A stretch of 63,327 nucleotides of DNA, filler included, from Octopus bimaculoides (taxonomy: Eukaryota): assembly GCF_001194135.2 (NCBI RefSeq). It is 4 parts of 4 records of this genome, joined end to end, with 100 filler letters (N's around TTAATTAATTAA, not from the genome) between each part and the next. Parts side by side here need not be neighbours in the genome. Positions count along the whole stretch, not along the records: positions 60,028 to 63,327 come from NW_026325853.1; 3 more parts are not named here. One strand, 5' to 3'. Made by a program: the position numbers and the translations under genes. The notes beneath the pieces were generated by a model that did no database searches, was not told the DNA's origin, and worked only from the letters and a program-made list of their open reading frames with translations. How positions within the stretch are numbered: position 1 is the stretch's first letter; every line of letters begins with the position of its first letter. Positions 61,560 through 63,327 of the stretch are shown here, piece after piece.

Positions 61560-61790
61560 GCTGTGGATTAACTCACTCTTTCCAGCAGATCAACGTTGCC
61601 TGAACAAGGTGCTCAATGTGACACACTATCAGAAGCTGAAGGGGTCGCAGAGCAACGGAAAATGAAGTGCTGTGCTCCGAGACACAAAGCATTGCCCAGT
61701 AACTACAGTTGAAACTATGATCCTACAAAATGGCGAGTGCAAAACCGCAACTGCTAAGTCAAGCATTTCACCAACTCTCACCAGCAAAAT
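61560..61790 (-). mobile_element. Old SINE family C-like copy
   Basis: GAGCAACGGAAAATGAAGTGCTGTGCTCCGAGACACAAAGCATTGCCC resembles the reverse complement of the family C core. Confidence 0.5.
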
Positions 61791-61955
61791 ATATAAAATA
61801 TTAAAGTTTTAAACATATAATAATAATAATAGTAATATTTACCCAGCTTTGGGAAAGTTGAAAAGGTTTGCTAAATCTTTCTCATATTGGCCCATCTGAA
61901 AATAAAAAACAGTGCAAGTCATTAGAAACACTACACACACCCACACACACACACA

Positions 61956-62550
61956 TACAATGTGTGATGGGTAAATTGTCGCCATTTTATATTTTTAATT
62001 TCATGCCTGCTCATTGTTTGTTTTTGATTTTGTCAGCTACACAGTATAGTAGGGTCAGCAGAGCACTGCACTGTCTGTGAGAAAAAAACAGCACCTTGAT
62101 GCAATTTGCTGTACCAGAAATTTGGAAACGGCATGCTGTACTGCTTGGCATTCACATGCCAGAAGCTGCGATACAAACACTTCATAGTGTTTGGGTGTCA
62201 ATCTGAGGACATGTAGCAAGAGTGATAAAACCCTCTTTATTACGTCTGGGGTGGAGTTGAATGAAAGACCCAAAAAACTCCTTGTAACACCAAAGATGAA
62301 CGGAAGGCAAGGATTATGGCAGCATTCACCAACTTAAACAAGGAGACCATCCAGAAGAGTTGCAGGAGATTCCAAAGCATTCTGGGGGCTGTGGTTGAAG
62401 CCAATGGCGATTTTATTGAATGAATTTACTCTTTAGTATTTCAAAGCTGATTTTATGTAATTTTGGTAAATATATCTGTTGAAATGAAATGTCAGTGTTA
62501 TTTTCATATTTGCATAATTTAGACGACAATTTATTCACCGCACCCTGTGC
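61956..62550 (+). mobile_element. Internally deleted Tc1/mariner-superfamily (maT/DD37D-like) element with both TIRs
   Basis: N-terminal EIWKRHAVLLGI..CLGVNLRT fused to C-terminal YYVWGGVE..TKDERKARIMAAFTNLNKETIQKSCRRFQSILGAVVEANGDFIE*; TIR cores TAAATTGTCG (61972-61981) and CGACAATTTA (62524-62533). Confidence 0.82.
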
Positions 62551-62856
62551 ATATATATATATATATATATATACAAATAANNNNNNNNNNNNNNNNNNNN
62601 NNNNNNNNNNNNNNNNNNNNNNNNNNNNNNNNNNNNNNNNNNNNNNNNNNNNNNNNNNNNNNNNNNNNNNNNNNNNNNNNNNNNNNNNNNNNNNNNNNNN
62701 NNNNNNNNNNNNNNNNNNNNNNNNNNNNNNNNNNNNNNNNNNNNNNNNNNNNNNNNNNNNNNNNNNNNNNNNNNNNNNNNNNNNNNNNNNNNNNNNNNNN
62801 NNNNNNNNNNNNNNNNNNNNNNNNNNNNNNNNNNNNNNNNNNNNNNNNNNNNNNNN

Positions 62857-63102
62857 AAGGATAGGAGGATTCTATAAGGAAGCTGGGTCTACCAACCTCG
62901 GGACCAAGAGATTGCTGTTGGTCACCTCCACGCTTACTCATAAACACAAAGCGCTTGTCCTCGTTGGGGCCGGAACCCTTGGCCCCATGCGCCATCTTCT
63001 GTTGGTTGGATTTGTCACTGCCACCTCTGTCGTTTGCCTCGTTGGATGACTTTGTGGGTGTTTGTTCAAGGAAGGGTCCTTCGAGTTGGTTCTTTGGCCG
63101 CT
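62857..63102 (-). CDS. Candidate coding exon of an unidentified host gene (partial, runs into a gap)
   Basis: GACTAAT branch-like motif (63161-63155), long (CT)n tract, GGCAG|AG acceptor; open frame xRPKNQLEGPFLEQTPTKSSNEANDRGGSDKSNQQKMAHGAKGSGPNEDKRFVFMSKRGGDQQQSLGPEVGRPSFLIESSYP; GC-richer than flanks, no TE motif recognised. Confidence 0.55.
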
Positions 63103-63121
63103 CTGCCAATGAAAATCAGAA

Positions 63122-63153
<32 letters not shown>

Positions 63154-63327
63154 CATTAGTCACCTTGGAAACATAAGTTGGAAGATGCCTCTCTCATTCC
63201 TGCATCTTCCCATCATCACTGCACACAGAGCTAATGATACCAAGCTGGGGTCTTTAAGCAGAGGAAATTAATATCAAAAATTTTACCGGTGAGTGTGTTA
63301 AATTTTAAGGCACAATAAGACAATGAC

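Overview
Eukaryotic, repeat-dense, gap-riddled genomic DNA. The SINE families and extreme microsatellite load point to a coleoid cephalopod, most likely Octopus (inference). No prokaryotic genes, rRNA, genuine tRNA or CRISPR array are visible, and almost all ORF-track entries are microsatellite, N-gap or antisense artefacts. The window is mostly a transposon graveyard: three tRNA-derived SINE families (labelled A, B, C here), L1/Tx1, CR1/L2-group, R4/Dong-like and RTE-like LINE remnants, several Tc1/mariner remnants, two foldback MITEs, a Helitron 3' end, a probable solo LTR and Penelope-like element (PLE) remnants. Two results stand out. (1) Five type-I hammerhead-ribozyme motifs from four unrelated sequence families. 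The one at 6513-6577 has an intact core and lies downstream of a PLE GIY-YIG remnant. A two-copy family has a U6 core variant, and one copy is circularly permuted like a tandem or retrozyme unit. (2) Two candidate coding exons of an unidentified minus-strand host gene (62857-63102 and 60028-60235). The second carries a 14-aa tandem repeat whose reading frame is supported by five synonymous third-position differences. Three identical N44-TTAATTAATTAA-N44 blocks are artificial scaffold joins. Element boundaries were read by eye and are approximate unless exact motifs are quoted.
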